This document shows, piece after piece, positions 8,872 through 18,751 of a stretch of DNA of 64,000 bases (positions are counted from its first letter, which is position 1; each line of letters opens with the position of its first letter). The stretch is from Prevotella sp. (GTDB lineage Bacteria; Bacteroidota; Bacteroidia; Bacteroidales; Bacteroidaceae), in contig JALFSW010000057.1 of assembly GCA_022779305.1 (NCBI GenBank), positions 11,910 through 75,909 of the forward strand. Direction: 5' to 3'. Both the position numbers and the translations under genes were made by a program. The notes below the pieces were generated by a model. That model ran no database searches, was not told where the DNA came from, and saw only the letters and a program-made list of their open reading frames with translations.

Positions 8872-9750
8872 TTAGCTGTTTTTGAGATTTTTCATACATG
8901 TTTTCAAGCTGTCTACCCAATACGGAACAGCCACATCGAAAGTTTCTTTGATTTTTGTTTTGTCGAAAACCGAATAAGCGGGACGTTTCACGGGTGATGG
9001 AAACTCGTGACTGTGGCAGGGCAGAATACGACAATCTGTGTTGCCTGCGAGTTCTGCAATTTTTATTGCAAAATCATACCAGCTGCATACGCCTTCGTTA
9101 GAAAAATGATAAATGCCCGTGTGTCCAACATACTTGCGATATTCCACAATCTCAAATATCGCTTTTGCGAGGTCTACAGCATAGGTAGGTGTTCCACATT
9201 GGTCGAAAACTACTTTGAGTTCATCGCGCGTTGAAGTTAAATTGATCATTGTTTTCACAAAGTTATGACCATATTCTCCGTATAGCCACGCTGTGCGAAT
9301 GATGATATGATTGGCGTTGGTAGCTTGAATGCGTTGTTCGCCTTGCAGTTTTGTTTGCCCATAGACCCCCGTTGGCGTTCCTTTTTGGTCTTCTCGGCAA
9401 GGTGTGTTATAGGGATCGCCTCCAAAAACATAGTCGGTGCTGATGTGAATAAGTACGCCATCCACCTCTTTTATTGCTTTTGCCAGGTTTTCTGGGGCTG
9501 TTGCATTCAATAATTCAACAATCTCTCCAGCCGTTTCAGCCTTGTCTACGTTTGTCCATGCAGCACAGTTGATGATGCACTCAATTTGTTCATCTTTTAC
9601 GATTTGTTTAATGGCGTCAAGGTTGGTGATGTCTAAGTGTCTATATCCATCACACACATCAGTGAAGATGTAATGATCCTTACTTTCTTTTGCAACGACT
9701 TGGAGCGTGTTGCCTAACATTCCGTTTGCTCCTGTAACCAATATGTTCAT
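8872..9750 (-). CDS. rfbD: dTDP-4-dehydrorhamnose reductase
   Basis: Rossmann motif NILVTGANGMLG, YGQTKLQGE (YxxxK) and a RmlD-type C-terminus. Confidence 0.9.
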   Translation of the reverse strand: MNILVTGANGMLGNTLQVVAKESKDHYIFTDVCDGYRHLDITNLDAIKQIVKDEQIECIINCAAWTNVDKAETAGEIVELLNATAPENLAKAIKEVDGVLIHISTDYVFGGDPYNTPCREDQKGTPTGVYGQTKLQGEQRIQATNANHIIIRTAWLYGEYGHNFVKTMINLTSTRDELKVVFDQCGTPTYAVDLAKAIFEIVEYRKYVGHTGIYHFSNEGVCSWYDFAIKIAELAGNTDCRILPCHSHEFPSPVKRPAYSVFDKTKIKETFDVAVPYWVDSLKTCMKNLKNS

Positions 9751-9824
9751 AGTTTTTCTTTACTTCGTTTTTTAATAATCGTTTGGTGCGTATTCTGTCA
9801 ATGATTTCCAGCAAATGTTTAGGT

Positions 9825-10433
9825 TTAACTCTCATAAAAGACAAGTCCTTCTTCTTTGTCTTTTTTGTAATAATCGGCAAGCATACCCACCAGTGTTGTT
9901 ATTTCTTTGATGGCTTGCGAGGTGGCTTGTGTGATTTCTTTCTTTTGAAGGCGCAGCATCATCACACCATAAAGGAAATCCAAACACGTTTCTATTTCGT
10001 TGTGTCCCAGATTTGCAGCAATTTCTTTCAGGTTTTCTTCGTTTTTCCTTGCCATCCTGTCTGCCACTTCTTTGTTCTTACTGCGTAGCTCAACAATCAT
10101 TGGCAACACCCTATAGTATTGTGCTGAATAGAAAGGAAAGCGTGAAGAAGCTAAGAGTTGCTGGTGTAATTCATACAAATCTTGAATAATGATTTTGTTG
10201 ATTTGCAGATGTCCCGTTTTCCGGCAACCTTCTTGGTTCATCATTCTGATGAGGTTTGAAAACCAATCTTCCTCTTCTTCTTTTTGTTCTTCGGTGTATT
10301 GAAATTGGTCGATGAACTCTCTTCTTATTTTTGAAATGGAACAATCATAGCTTCTGATAATTCCTTCTATTTGCCACATGTAAAGCAAATATTCAGTGAT
10401 ATTTTTCTTTCTTAATTCTTGTGCAATCAACAT
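9825..10433 (-). CDS. DUF4924-family protein
   Basis: The N-terminus KKNITEYLLYMWQIEGIIRSY matches my recollection of the DUF4924 signature. Function unknown. Confidence 0.55.
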   Translation of the reverse strand: MLIAQELRKKNITEYLLYMWQIEGIIRSYDCSISKIRREFIDQFQYTEEQKEEEEDWFSNLIRMMNQEGCRKTGHLQINKIIIQDLYELHQQLLASSRFPFYSAQYYRVLPMIVELRSKNKEVADRMARKNEENLKEIAANLGHNEIETCLDFLYGVMMLRLQKKEITQATSQAIKEITTLVGMLADYYKKDKEEGLVFYES

Positions 10434-10454
10434 AGGAAAGTTGTTATACTGAAA

Positions 10455-11153
10455 TTAATATATCTTTGGTAAATGATAGAGGTTGAAAATGGTGCCAACG
10501 AGAATGATGAGTGATACCAATATCACCACTGAACCAATGATTTTATTGATAATGAGGATGCCATTAACATCAAATTTACCACGTATTTTATCTATCAACC
10601 ACGACAAACCATACCACCAAATGAGCGCACCCAGCGGTATGCAGATGAAGCCGATAATCATTTCAAAAGGTCGTGATGGTTGAACGAATGAAAACTGTGC
10701 AAAAGTCGCCATCAGGAGTAACATAATGAGCGGATTAGAGATAGTTACGAAAAATGCCGTTACACCATTGTGCCACAGCGATCCTTTCGAGTTGCCGCTT
10801 TTGTGCATCTTTTTTGTGGGATTGGAAAAGAAACAATAAACTCCAAAAAGCAATAAAAGCACACTGCCAGATATTTGTAATATGAACCGATAGGCGGGGT
10901 TTTGTAGGGGTTCCATGATGAAACTCATACCAAACCCAACGATCAATGCATAGATAATGTCGCTCACGGCAGCACCAATACCTGTAACAAAACCATACCA
11001 GCGACCCTTGTTGAGTGTGCGCTGAATACACAAGATGCCCACTGGACCCATTGGAGCAGAGGCAATGAAACCTATAAGAATACCCTTAAAAATGAAGTCA
11101 AGGATATCCAATGGTACGAAGTTCTCTAATTGTAGAGGAAAAGGTATGTTCAT
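10455..11153 (-). CDS. LysE-family amino-acid exporter
   Basis: About six TM helices in a LysE/RhtB-like layout (GPVGILCIQRTL, GIGAAVSD). Start chosen at MNIPFPLQ; the track ORF extends to 11195. Confidence 0.7.
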   Translation of the reverse strand: MNIPFPLQLENFVPLDILDFIFKGILIGFIASAPMGPVGILCIQRTLNKGRWYGFVTGIGAAVSDIIYALIVGFGMSFIMEPLQNPAYRFILQISGSVLLLLFGVYCFFSNPTKKMHKSGNSKGSLWHNGVTAFFVTISNPLIMLLLMATFAQFSFVQPSRPFEMIIGFICIPLGALIWWYGLSWLIDKIRGKFDVNGILIINKIIGSVVILVSLIILVGTIFNLYHLPKIY

Positions 11154-11235
11154 AATTTCGTGTGCAAATTTGCAAAAATAATGCGACATAGGCAAATTTC
11201 ATTTGATAAAAGTTTGAAATATTCGAGCTTTTTAA

Positions 11236-11243
11236 TAACTTTG
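11236..11243 (+). promoter_or_regulatory. Bacteroidota -7 promoter box (TAACTTTG)
   Basis: Perfect TAnnTTTG match, 35 nt upstream of the ATG at 11278. Confidence 0.45.
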
Positions 11244-11277
11244 CGGAGCGAAACATAAACTAAAAACTTATATAAGT

Positions 11278-12276
11278 ATGGAACAACAAGAGCAGAAGCC
11301 TTTTGTAATAGGATTGGATTTAGGAGGCACAAATTCTGTGTTTGGAATCGTAGACCAGCGTGGTCAGGTGTTAGCAAGTAATGCGATTAAGACGCAGAGT
11401 TACAAAACAGTAGAAGATTTTGTTGACGCTGGTGTGGAAGCATTAAAACCAATCATTGCTAAAGTGGGCGGAATTACGCAGATTAAAGCGATGGGTATTG
11501 GTGCGCCTAATGCTAACTTCTATCGTGGAACTATCGAATATGCACCCAATCTTTCGTGGGCACACGATGAGATTGTACCATTGGCAGAGATGTTTTCTTC
11601 TCGTTTGGAAATTCCAGTAGGTATCACGAACGACGCAAATGCGGCGGCTATTGGCGAAATGCAATATGGTGTTGCACGTGGTATGAAAAATTTCATCATG
11701 ATAACCTTGGGAACAGGTGTGGGTTCTGGTATTGTTGTGAACGGACAAGTGGTCTATGGCAGCGATGGGTTTGCTGGCGAATTGGGACACGTAACGATGG
11801 TGCGTGGTGAAGAAGGACGTCTTTGTGGTTGTGAACGCAAAGGATGTTTGGAGGCTTATTGTTCGGCAACAGGTGTCGCAAGAACAGCTCGCGAGATGCT
11901 TGCCAAATCGTCTGAACTTTCTATTTTGCGTGAAATCGCACCAGAAAACATCACTTCTTTGGATGTTTCTATTGCGGCTGGAAAGGGCGATAAGATTGCA
12001 CAAGAAATATTTGCATTCACGGGTGATATGCTTGGTGCGGCTTGTGCTGATTTTGCAAGTTTCTCTTCACCTGAAGCATTTGTTTTCTTTGGCGGTCTGA
12101 CGAAGGCTGGAGATTTGATCATGGAACCCATAAAGGCTTCTTATCAAAAGCACGCCATGAAAATTTTCAAAGACAAACCAAAGTTCCTCGTTAGCGGACT
12201 TGATGATGCGGCAGCAGCTGTTTTGGGTGCTTCGGCTATCGGATGGGAACTCCCAAGTGATGCCCTTACTGTGTAA
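11278..12276 (+). CDS. ROK-family glucokinase
   Basis: Motif DLGGTN, ROK signature GAGELGH (AGELGHV) and zinc motif CGCERKGCLEAY. Confidence 0.88.
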   Translation: MEQQEQKPFVIGLDLGGTNSVFGIVDQRGQVLASNAIKTQSYKTVEDFVDAGVEALKPIIAKVGGITQIKAMGIGAPNANFYRGTIEYAPNLSWAHDEIVPLAEMFSSRLEIPVGITNDANAAAIGEMQYGVARGMKNFIMITLGTGVGSGIVVNGQVVYGSDGFAGELGHVTMVRGEEGRLCGCERKGCLEAYCSATGVARTAREMLAKSSELSILREIAPENITSLDVSIAAGKGDKIAQEIFAFTGDMLGAACADFASFSSPEAFVFFGGLTKAGDLIMEPIKASYQKHAMKIFKDKPKFLVSGLDDAAAAVLGASAIGWELPSDALTV

Positions 12277-12331
12277 GGTTATTACTTTGTTATATGTACA
12301 AGAAATAAGAAAATAGGGATGCTCTATAAAC

Positions 12332-12368
12332 AATCCCCAGAAAGTTAGTAAATAACTTTCTGGGGATT
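12332..12368. terminator. perfect 16-bp hairpin downstream of the glucokinase gene
   Basis: Arms AATCCCCAGAAAGTTA and TAACTTTCTGGGGATT around a 5-nt loop, followed by TTAT. Sits between convergent genes. Confidence 0.7.
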
Positions 12369-12644
12369 TATGTAGGCAAAGAGTAAGAAACATATACGTT
12401 ATGTTTGGGTTTAATCAATGCTCATTATGAAATACGACATCTCCTGAAGTTATTATAGAATTGAGCAAATGTTTCATATGACAATAGCCCAGAGAATAGA
12501 AATGGATGATTAGTATCATAATTTCTGCCTTAGGCATCGTGAAATCACAATGATTTTGTTCCTTCTTTGCAGGTTTTAGCCTATATGATACTTATAATTC
12601 ATCGAATTCATGCTAATCTAATGAACTCGTTCATATTACTATTC

Positions 12645-13946
12645 CTATCCTAATATGAAGTTGAGAATAAAAAGTATCGAAAGGATGCAGAGTGTCCAAT
12701 TGAGTTTGTTCCACTGTTTGGTGCAGGCTTTCATAACAACATAAGCCAAGATACCTAAACAAATACCATCGGCTATCGAATAGCAAAGTACCATCGTGAT
12801 CATAGTGATGAAGGCAGGAAAAGCTTCGCTAATGTTGTCTAACTCTATTTTCTTTACAGAATCGATCATCAACACGCCTACCATAACTAAAGCACCACTC
12901 GTTGCTGCACTCGGTATGAGCAAGAAGATGGGCGAAAGGAAAAGAGCAATGAGGAAAAGTATGCCTACAACGAAAGATGTGAGACCTGACTTACCACCTT
13001 CGGCAATACCACTGGCACTCTCTACATAGGTAGTAAGTGTTGAGCTACCCAATGCCGCACCACAGGTTGTACCGATTGCATCACTCATCATCGCTTCACG
13101 CACATGAGGAATGCTGCCATCTTCTCGCACAATACCTGTCTTATCTGCCAATCCCATCAATGTTCCGATGGTGTCAAAGATATTGATTATCAGCAAGGAG
13201 AAGACCACCAAAGCGGTTTTTAATGTGAACAAACCATTGAAGTCGAACTTACAAAAAATGGGTGAAATGTCTTGTGGGGCAGAAACGGGCATCCAACTAG
13301 ATGGAATGTTTGTTACACCCATTGGTATACCAACGATAGTTGTGGCAATGATACTCCAAAACAGCGCACCTTTTACGTTACGTGCCATCAGTATTCCGCT
13401 CAGCAATATTGCCAAAATACCTAACAAACAAGGGGCTGTGAACTCGCCCAATCCAATGAACGTACCTTCACGTTGTACGATAATTTCTGCATTTTTCAGT
13501 CCAATGAAAGCGATGAACATACCAATTCCTGCTGAAATGGCATAGCGCAGATTGGCTGGAATAGCTCCGAGAATGAGTTCTCTGACGTTGAAAAACGTGA
13601 TGATGATGAATGCTATACCCTCAAAGAGCATGATGGCGAGTGACTGTTGCCATGAAAAGCCCATTGCCTGACAGAGCGTGTAGGCAAAAAACGCATTTAA
13701 CCCCATAGATGGGGCCTGCGCAAAAGGAAGTTTTGCCATGAATGCCAAGAGGAGCGTTGCGATGGCAGAAGCCAATGCCGTTCCTGTGAACAAAGCTCCT
13801 TTATCCATCCCCGTAGACGACAAAATGCCTGGGTTTACTGCTAAAATGTAGCTCATGGTTAAAAACGTGGTGGCACCCGCAATGATTTCGGTGCGCATCT
13901 TCATAGTTTTAGGATTAAATCCTAAGGTTTTTTCTAAAAAAGCCAT
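12645..13946 (-). CDS. NCS2-family purine permease (AzgA-like adenine/guanine/hypoxanthine)
   Basis: 433-aa polytopic protein with the MAFLEKTLGFNPK...MRTEIIAGATTFLTMSYILAVNP N-terminus typical of the AzgA clade. Confidence 0.85.
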   Translation of the reverse strand: MAFLEKTLGFNPKTMKMRTEIIAGATTFLTMSYILAVNPGILSSTGMDKGALFTGTALASAIATLLLAFMAKLPFAQAPSMGLNAFFAYTLCQAMGFSWQQSLAIMLFEGIAFIIITFFNVRELILGAIPANLRYAISAGIGMFIAFIGLKNAEIIVQREGTFIGLGEFTAPCLLGILAILLSGILMARNVKGALFWSIIATTIVGIPMGVTNIPSSWMPVSAPQDISPIFCKFDFNGLFTLKTALVVFSLLIINIFDTIGTLMGLADKTGIVREDGSIPHVREAMMSDAIGTTCGAALGSSTLTTYVESASGIAEGGKSGLTSFVVGILFLIALFLSPIFLLIPSAATSGALVMVGVLMIDSVKKIELDNISEAFPAFITMITMVLCYSIADGICLGILAYVVMKACTKQWNKLNWTLCILSILFILNFILG

Positions 13947-14001
13947 AATTCTTTCTTTTTTTCAATCAATATTATAATGTGAGTAATCAGCATTAAAAGA
14001 C

Positions 14002-15759
14002 CTATTTCCCAAAGAGCAATTGCCTGTCGCGTTCGATGGCTGGACGCACCCACTCTTCTGGCACGAAACGCCAATTGTTATGCGGTTGTGGGTTGAGATG
14101 CTTTGCCTTTTCGATTTCTTTCATCAAGTAATGGCGTTGATCAAGTTCACTGCGCCACACGATGCGACTTCTCAGTTCTTCTTTTGGAATACCAGCTCCT
14201 TGCGTAAGCAATTCACCACCGCCATTACCACGATAGCTATTGATAGCCACTTTATACCATTTATGCTCCTCAAAAGATTCTCCATTGCTCATGCAAAGAA
14301 TAGTGATTTTCTCACCCTGCGGTTTGCGCACATCCACTGTATAATCAATGCCCATAGCCGAGTCGAAATTGAAGAAGAAGTTTTTTAAACCTAAGCGTTG
14401 TGCATCGTTCTTTGTGGGCGCAAGCAAGAGTAAATGGTCATCGGGAGAAGTCATCGTGTTTGTCCACTGTGCATAGCTCATTTCCAAATACTTGCGTATT
14501 TCTTCACCCGTCATCATCATAACATAGAGTTGGTTTTCGTATTTGTAGAGCTTAAACATATCGGCTATGGTGATAGCCCCAGCCTTGATGGTTGAGTTAA
14601 ACATCAAAGGTGCATTGAAAGCAATATCGGCTTGCGTTATTTTCAATTCAAGATCGAGTATCAAATCATTAAAAGCCGAGCTGCCAAAGAAACAGTCTTT
14701 CGAGTAGATGGTTTGTTCAAATGTGCCAATTTCCGTACTAGCCCACGCCTTTACTTCCTCCACTTCGCGTTTGAAATGCGTCATGAAATCGTCATCGATT
14801 TTCTCCTGCCTCACATCTGCCAATTGTCCGATTCTCTTCGTAATGAGAAAGGCTTGCGGTTGAGCTTCAGAGGGTTGTGTGTTCTTTTTGAGTGTGATTT
14901 CAGCAATCGCTACTCGTTGTGCATTGTTTGCTGGATTGAGACACAACACTTCCCTGCCTGCAACATTCTTGACGATGGATTGATGAGGGGTGTGGTCGTG
15001 TCCGAAGAAGATTACATCGAAACCATCCACCTCTTCTGCAATGCGCCTTGACGCATCTTCCTCATACGTAGCCGTGCGAATGCCACCTTCCCAACCAGAA
15101 TGAAATAACCCAACGATGATATCTGGTTTTTCAGTTTGTCGTACTTGTTCGATAGTTGTTCGAGCAACGTCCATCATATTTTCAAATCGCATTCCCTCCC
15201 ACAATCGTTCTTCTAACCAATGTGGAATGGCGGGCGTCAATAGACCTATGACACAGACTTTTATGCCGTTTGCCTTACGACAAATGGTGTATGGCAGTAG
15301 ATAGGGTGCATTTGTGGCGTTGTTGATCACGTTCGCACCAAGCATCGGACATTTCGTTGCTTTTATCCAACTATCATAAACAGTGTGCCCCGTTTCGATG
15401 TCGTGATTGCCCACTGTTGCAGCATCATATTTCAGATAGTTCAGGACACTTGCTGCGATGTTTTCTCGTTCGAGGCGAATGTAATTATAATAATAGGAAA
15501 GTGGTTGTCCCTGCAAAATGTCACCATTGTCGAAGAGGTAAACATTGTCAGCTCCATGTTGCTCGCGCAGTTGTTTCACAAGGGTTGATACCCTCGCCAT
15601 CGAACCTTGCATCGGTTTGCGGTCAATGAAATCATAGGGGAAGAATGCGCCATGCACATCAGAAGTCTCGATGAGTTGTATCGTGATTTCGTCTTTCTTG
15701 GCGAATGTGGATGCTGTAGATAGGGCGAATGCCATCATGAGAATGAATAATCTAAACAT
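14002..15759 (-). CDS. secreted bifunctional metallophosphatase / 5'-nucleotidase
   Basis: Signal peptide, calcineurin-like motifs TSDVHG, DNGDILQG, GNHD and GHDH, and a C-terminal 5'-nucleotidase domain. Confidence 0.88.
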   Translation of the reverse strand: MFRLFILMMAFALSTASTFAKKDEITIQLIETSDVHGAFFPYDFIDRKPMQGSMARVSTLVKQLREQHGADNVYLFDNGDILQGQPLSYYYNYIRLERENIAASVLNYLKYDAATVGNHDIETGHTVYDSWIKATKCPMLGANVINNATNAPYLLPYTICRKANGIKVCVIGLLTPAIPHWLEERLWEGMRFENMMDVARTTIEQVRQTEKPDIIVGLFHSGWEGGIRTATYEEDASRRIAEEVDGFDVIFFGHDHTPHQSIVKNVAGREVLCLNPANNAQRVAIAEITLKKNTQPSEAQPQAFLITKRIGQLADVRQEKIDDDFMTHFKREVEEVKAWASTEIGTFEQTIYSKDCFFGSSAFNDLILDLELKITQADIAFNAPLMFNSTIKAGAITIADMFKLYKYENQLYVMMMTGEEIRKYLEMSYAQWTNTMTSPDDHLLLLAPTKNDAQRLGLKNFFFNFDSAMGIDYTVDVRKPQGEKITILCMSNGESFEEHKWYKVAINSYRGNGGGELLTQGAGIPKEELRSRIVWRSELDQRHYLMKEIEKAKHLNPQPHNNWRFVPEEWVRPAIERDRQLLFGK

Positions 15760-15783
15760 AGCTTGTCAATCGAAAAGAGAGCG

Positions 15784-15791
15784 CAAAAATA
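15784..15791 (-). promoter_or_regulatory. Bacteroidota -7 promoter box (TATTTTTG on the minus strand)
   Basis: Reverse complement of caaaaata, 25 nt upstream of the nucleotidase ATG at 15759. Confidence 0.4.
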
Positions 15792-15830
15792 CAAAGAAAA
15801 ATGCAGATCTTTCTCTGTTTTTGTATTTTT
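15785..15830 (-). terminator. AT-rich hairpin downstream of the DUF5103 gene
   Basis: AAAAATACAAA...TTTGTATTTTT, an 11-bp stem located after the stop at 15868. Weak because it is AT-rich. Confidence 0.35.
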
Positions 15831-15867
15831 TTGTTGCATACATAAAAAGAAAGCAAAATTCGTAGAA

Positions 15868-17118
15868 CTATTTGAGATCAAAAATTGTAGATTTGTATCC
15901 CACTAATTTATCTGTCCGTCCCCCTTGTTCGCGCACATAAACCAATACTTGATAGCTGTTTTCTGTTTGATAAAAGCTACCCTCGGAAGGCAGCAGAGCG
16001 ATGTTTCCATTGCGATCTTTCCACAGAAACTGATAGTTGTAATAGCCCAGCTTCAGCGGTGTTATGAGGCGATAGCGCTTTTCGGCTTCATCATATGTCA
16101 TGCGATATTGATCTGTAAAGCGGTCGTATGTCCAATCGCCATTGATGAAAATATCGCCATCGATTATCGGTTTGGTTTCCAATTCAAAAACCACCATCAT
16201 GTAATCGCTTTCCGTATTGATTTTGTGGTTGTCTGAATTGCGAATGACAAACGCTCCATTTGCGTCTTTGTCATAAAGATAGTTCGGACGTGGCGTGGCG
16301 AGAAACGGATAAGCAAAGAAATTTGTCCCATCCCAACGCAGGTGTTCGATACCCATTGCGGCAACATCCGTAGAAAGAATTTCAAATTTGCGATATTCAT
16401 TGCCTGCTAAAAAGATGTAGTCCTTACAATGCGTCCACCGCAATCCATCGGGCAAGGTGTATTGCGGTTTACTATTCCATCGGGCATTATCCCATCGGCG
16501 GTTTTGCAAGACGATAGTTGTGATTTGCTGTGCGGGGTTGGTAATCGTGTAATTACCATATTTTATTTCCATCCCCACCTGCTGATGCTTATCATTGATG
16601 GTTGCATCAGTATTGGTCGTTACCGACAACCCTACACCCATCATACGTTCCTGCGGTTCGGTAATCATAAAGCAAGCCTTCAGCACTGCATTGTGGTCTT
16701 CATCATACACTGTCAGCACATAGTTTCCTGAGATTTTGGGACGACATTTTTCGTTCGGAATCGTTATATTATAATGTGTATAGAGCGTATTTGTGAGCGT
16801 AGACTCTTGAATGTTTTCGATGAGATTGTCTTGCGAAAATCCCTCAATGTAATCGCTATCGAAGATGGATGATTGTTTTTGCCAATTGGCTTCGTAGTGT
16901 TCGATGTCGTAGGTGTATCGATGATACGTGTGGGTCAGGTCATCGAAGTCAATGGTGATGTTGCCTCTGTCCAATTCAATGATAGGTAGTTCTGTCCAAT
17001 CGCCATTGCCCATAACCTGCAATGACTTGATATTCTCGCCATAAACCGTATGGCGTTGGGCATTGACAACTGAAATGTTCCAAAGCCAGCACACAATGAT
17101 CAGCCAAACATACTTCAT
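15868..17118 (-). CDS. DUF5103-type protein (family annotated as type IX secretion plug protein)
   Basis: Signal peptide MKYVWLIIVCWLWNISVVNAQ, length about 416 aa, and IKSLQV...Y.IEHYEANW pattern recalled for DUF5103. Family call is from memory. Confidence 0.5.
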   Translation of the reverse strand: MKYVWLIIVCWLWNISVVNAQRHTVYGENIKSLQVMGNGDWTELPIIELDRGNITIDFDDLTHTYHRYTYDIEHYEANWQKQSSIFDSDYIEGFSQDNLIENIQESTLTNTLYTHYNITIPNEKCRPKISGNYVLTVYDEDHNAVLKACFMITEPQERMMGVGLSVTTNTDATINDKHQQVGMEIKYGNYTITNPAQQITTIVLQNRRWDNARWNSKPQYTLPDGLRWTHCKDYIFLAGNEYRKFEILSTDVAAMGIEHLRWDGTNFFAYPFLATPRPNYLYDKDANGAFVIRNSDNHKINTESDYMMVVFELETKPIIDGDIFINGDWTYDRFTDQYRMTYDEAEKRYRLITPLKLGYYNYQFLWKDRNGNIALLPSEGSFYQTENSYQVLVYVREQGGRTDKLVGYKSTIFDLK

Positions 17119-17129
17119 CTGCCCTCCGA

Positions 17130-17573
17130 TCATTCAAAAAGTTGTTTGAAAAAATCATTCAAATCCTTGTCAAGATCCTTCATAAGATCATCACCGAGAA
17201 TAATTGTATCACTGTCGGCAAGGTAGAGCTCATCGATGTGTTCGCCTTCTTCGTTTTCCAGCACAAAACTGAAAGGTTTCATTAGTCCCATTCTGTCTAC
17301 CATGTCTTTGAACGAAATAATTTTTTTGCGCAAAAAATTCGTAGTTTTCTCATCGAATTTCTCGTCTTTGCTTTCTATCCATTGGTCTATGACACACCGC
17401 GTTATCTCTTCTCCATAGTCATCGAACGCCATCAAGTCGCCCGTTTCCGAGGAGATACGCAGGTGTATGTCCGTCATGATTTCTGGCTCGTCGGTAAATG
17501 GAAACTTTTGCGCCACTTTGCGCAGAAATCTCTCAGTTTGCTGATGGGTTTGTTCTGTTGCTTTCATAGCCAA
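17130..17573 (-). CDS. hypothetical acidic cytoplasmic protein
   Basis: 147-aa D/E-rich ORF with coding-like composition. Its stop overlaps the longest start of the DUF5103 ORF (ATGA at 17130-17133). Confidence 0.6.
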   Translation of the reverse strand: MAMKATEQTHQQTERFLRKVAQKFPFTDEPEIMTDIHLRISSETGDLMAFDDYGEEITRCVIDQWIESKDEKFDEKTTNFLRKKIISFKDMVDRMGLMKPFSFVLENEEGEHIDELYLADSDTIILGDDLMKDLDKDLNDFFKQLFE

Positions 17574-17723
17574 ATGTTTTACTTGTCAATTATGCAAGCA
17601 AAGGTAAGAAAAGATTTTCTTTTGTCTACTATTTTTTCGTGTTTTTTCGTTCCGCTGTGCAATGAATTGTTGTCAGATGATGGGTTTTTAGCTTGGCTTG
17701 CTGTCTAATTGTTTTTTTATGCT

Positions 17724-17731
17724 TATCTTTG
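17724..17731 (+). promoter_or_regulatory. Bacteroidota -7 promoter box (TATCTTTG), implying a near-leaderless truA mRNA
   Basis: Perfect TAnnTTTG match ending 8 nt before the truA ATG at 17740. Confidence 0.45.
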
Positions 17732-17739
17732 CACGTGTT

Positions 17740-18531
17740 ATGCAGAGATATTTCATCACCTTTTCGTACGATGGAACCGCCTATCATGGGTGGCAGTATC
17801 AACCCAATGGTGTAACGGTACAGGAAGTGTTGGAGCACGCCCTTGCCACATTGTTGCGCCATCCGATTGGTGTTGTGGGTGCAGGGCGCACAGATGCGGG
17901 TGTGCATGCTCGAAAGATGGTGGCACATTTCGACACCAAAATAATTTTCGATGCACAGCAAATGGTTTATAAACTCAATCGTTTGTTGCCCCGCGACATT
18001 GAAGTGAGCCAAATTATGCCCGTGGATGCGCAGCTCCATGCTCGTTTTTCGGCAACTTTGCGCACCTATCATTATTATCTTCATACTGCCAAACAACCTT
18101 TTTTGCGGGATTATTCGTTCCAACTCACCTATCCATTAGATTTCCAATTGATGAACAAGGCAGCCGAAATGCTTCTTGGTGAGCGAGATTTCAAATGCTT
18201 TTGTAAGGCAGGGGGCGATGCGAAAACCACAATTTGCAAGGTGAGCGAAGCCCGATGGATGCCCTTGGCAGCCGAATTGCACACAGGTGGAGCGGGCGAG
18301 GCGTGGTGTTTCGTGATTTCTGCCAATCGTTTTTTGCGCAATATGGTGCGGGCGGTAGTTGGTACGCTCATTGATGTGGGCAGAGAAAAAATCTCTTTAT
18401 CTGATTTTGAGCGTATTCTTCAGGGCGGCACACGGTCGGATGCAGGAGAAAGCGTACCCGGAAATGCTCTATTTTTATGGGATGTGGCGTATGCCAATTC
18501 AGCAAAGATAACCAACGAGGAGAAATTATAG
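17740..18531 (+). CDS. truA: tRNA pseudouridine(38-40) synthase
   Basis: Motifs MQRYFITFSYDGTAYHGWQ and GAGRTDAGVHA (catalytic Asp). Start set at the internal ATG; the track ORF begins on TTG at 17698. Confidence 0.92.
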   Translation: MQRYFITFSYDGTAYHGWQYQPNGVTVQEVLEHALATLLRHPIGVVGAGRTDAGVHARKMVAHFDTKIIFDAQQMVYKLNRLLPRDIEVSQIMPVDAQLHARFSATLRTYHYYLHTAKQPFLRDYSFQLTYPLDFQLMNKAAEMLLGERDFKCFCKAGGDAKTTICKVSEARWMPLAAELHTGGAGEAWCFVISANRFLRNMVRAVVGTLIDVGREKISLSDFERILQGGTRSDAGESVPGNALFLWDVAYANSAKITNEEKL

Positions 18532-18563
18532 ATAAAAACTTTGGCAATGTGGCGTTTTATTCT

Positions 18564-18571
18564 TACTTTTG
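18564..18571 (+). promoter_or_regulatory. Bacteroidota -7 promoter box (TACTTTTG)
   Basis: Perfect TAnnTTTG match, about 180 nt upstream of the dapA ATG. Confidence 0.4.
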
Positions 18572-18751
18572 CAAACAGACCGCAGGAAAACATTTCAGAA
18601 GTAGCAGGTTCTAAAAAATAAAAGGCACAAAGATCAAAAGTTCAGTATAAAGATAAAAACATTGTGTGAGATATTTAGAATGTGCTATGAGGCTGTCGGT
18701 CGAAAAAGAAAAGAAGATACGCTAATAAGCGTCTATAACAAAATCATTCTT

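Noticed and set aside
11443-12003. Long antisense or shadow ORFs, for example 11443-12003(-), 17629-18123(-), 60480-60965(-), 37964-38371(-), 41788-42240(+) and 45192-45683(+)
   Set aside because: Each lies entirely inside, or largely overlaps, a confidently identified gene on the opposite strand. Each has Cys/His/Arg-rich, low-complexity translations typical of non-coding frames.
18572-18751. Lysine riboswitch (L-box) upstream of dapA
   Set aside because: The ~180-nt leader is A-rich, has only one short hairpin (ACGCT and AGCGT), and shows none of the conserved L-box G-rich junction motifs.
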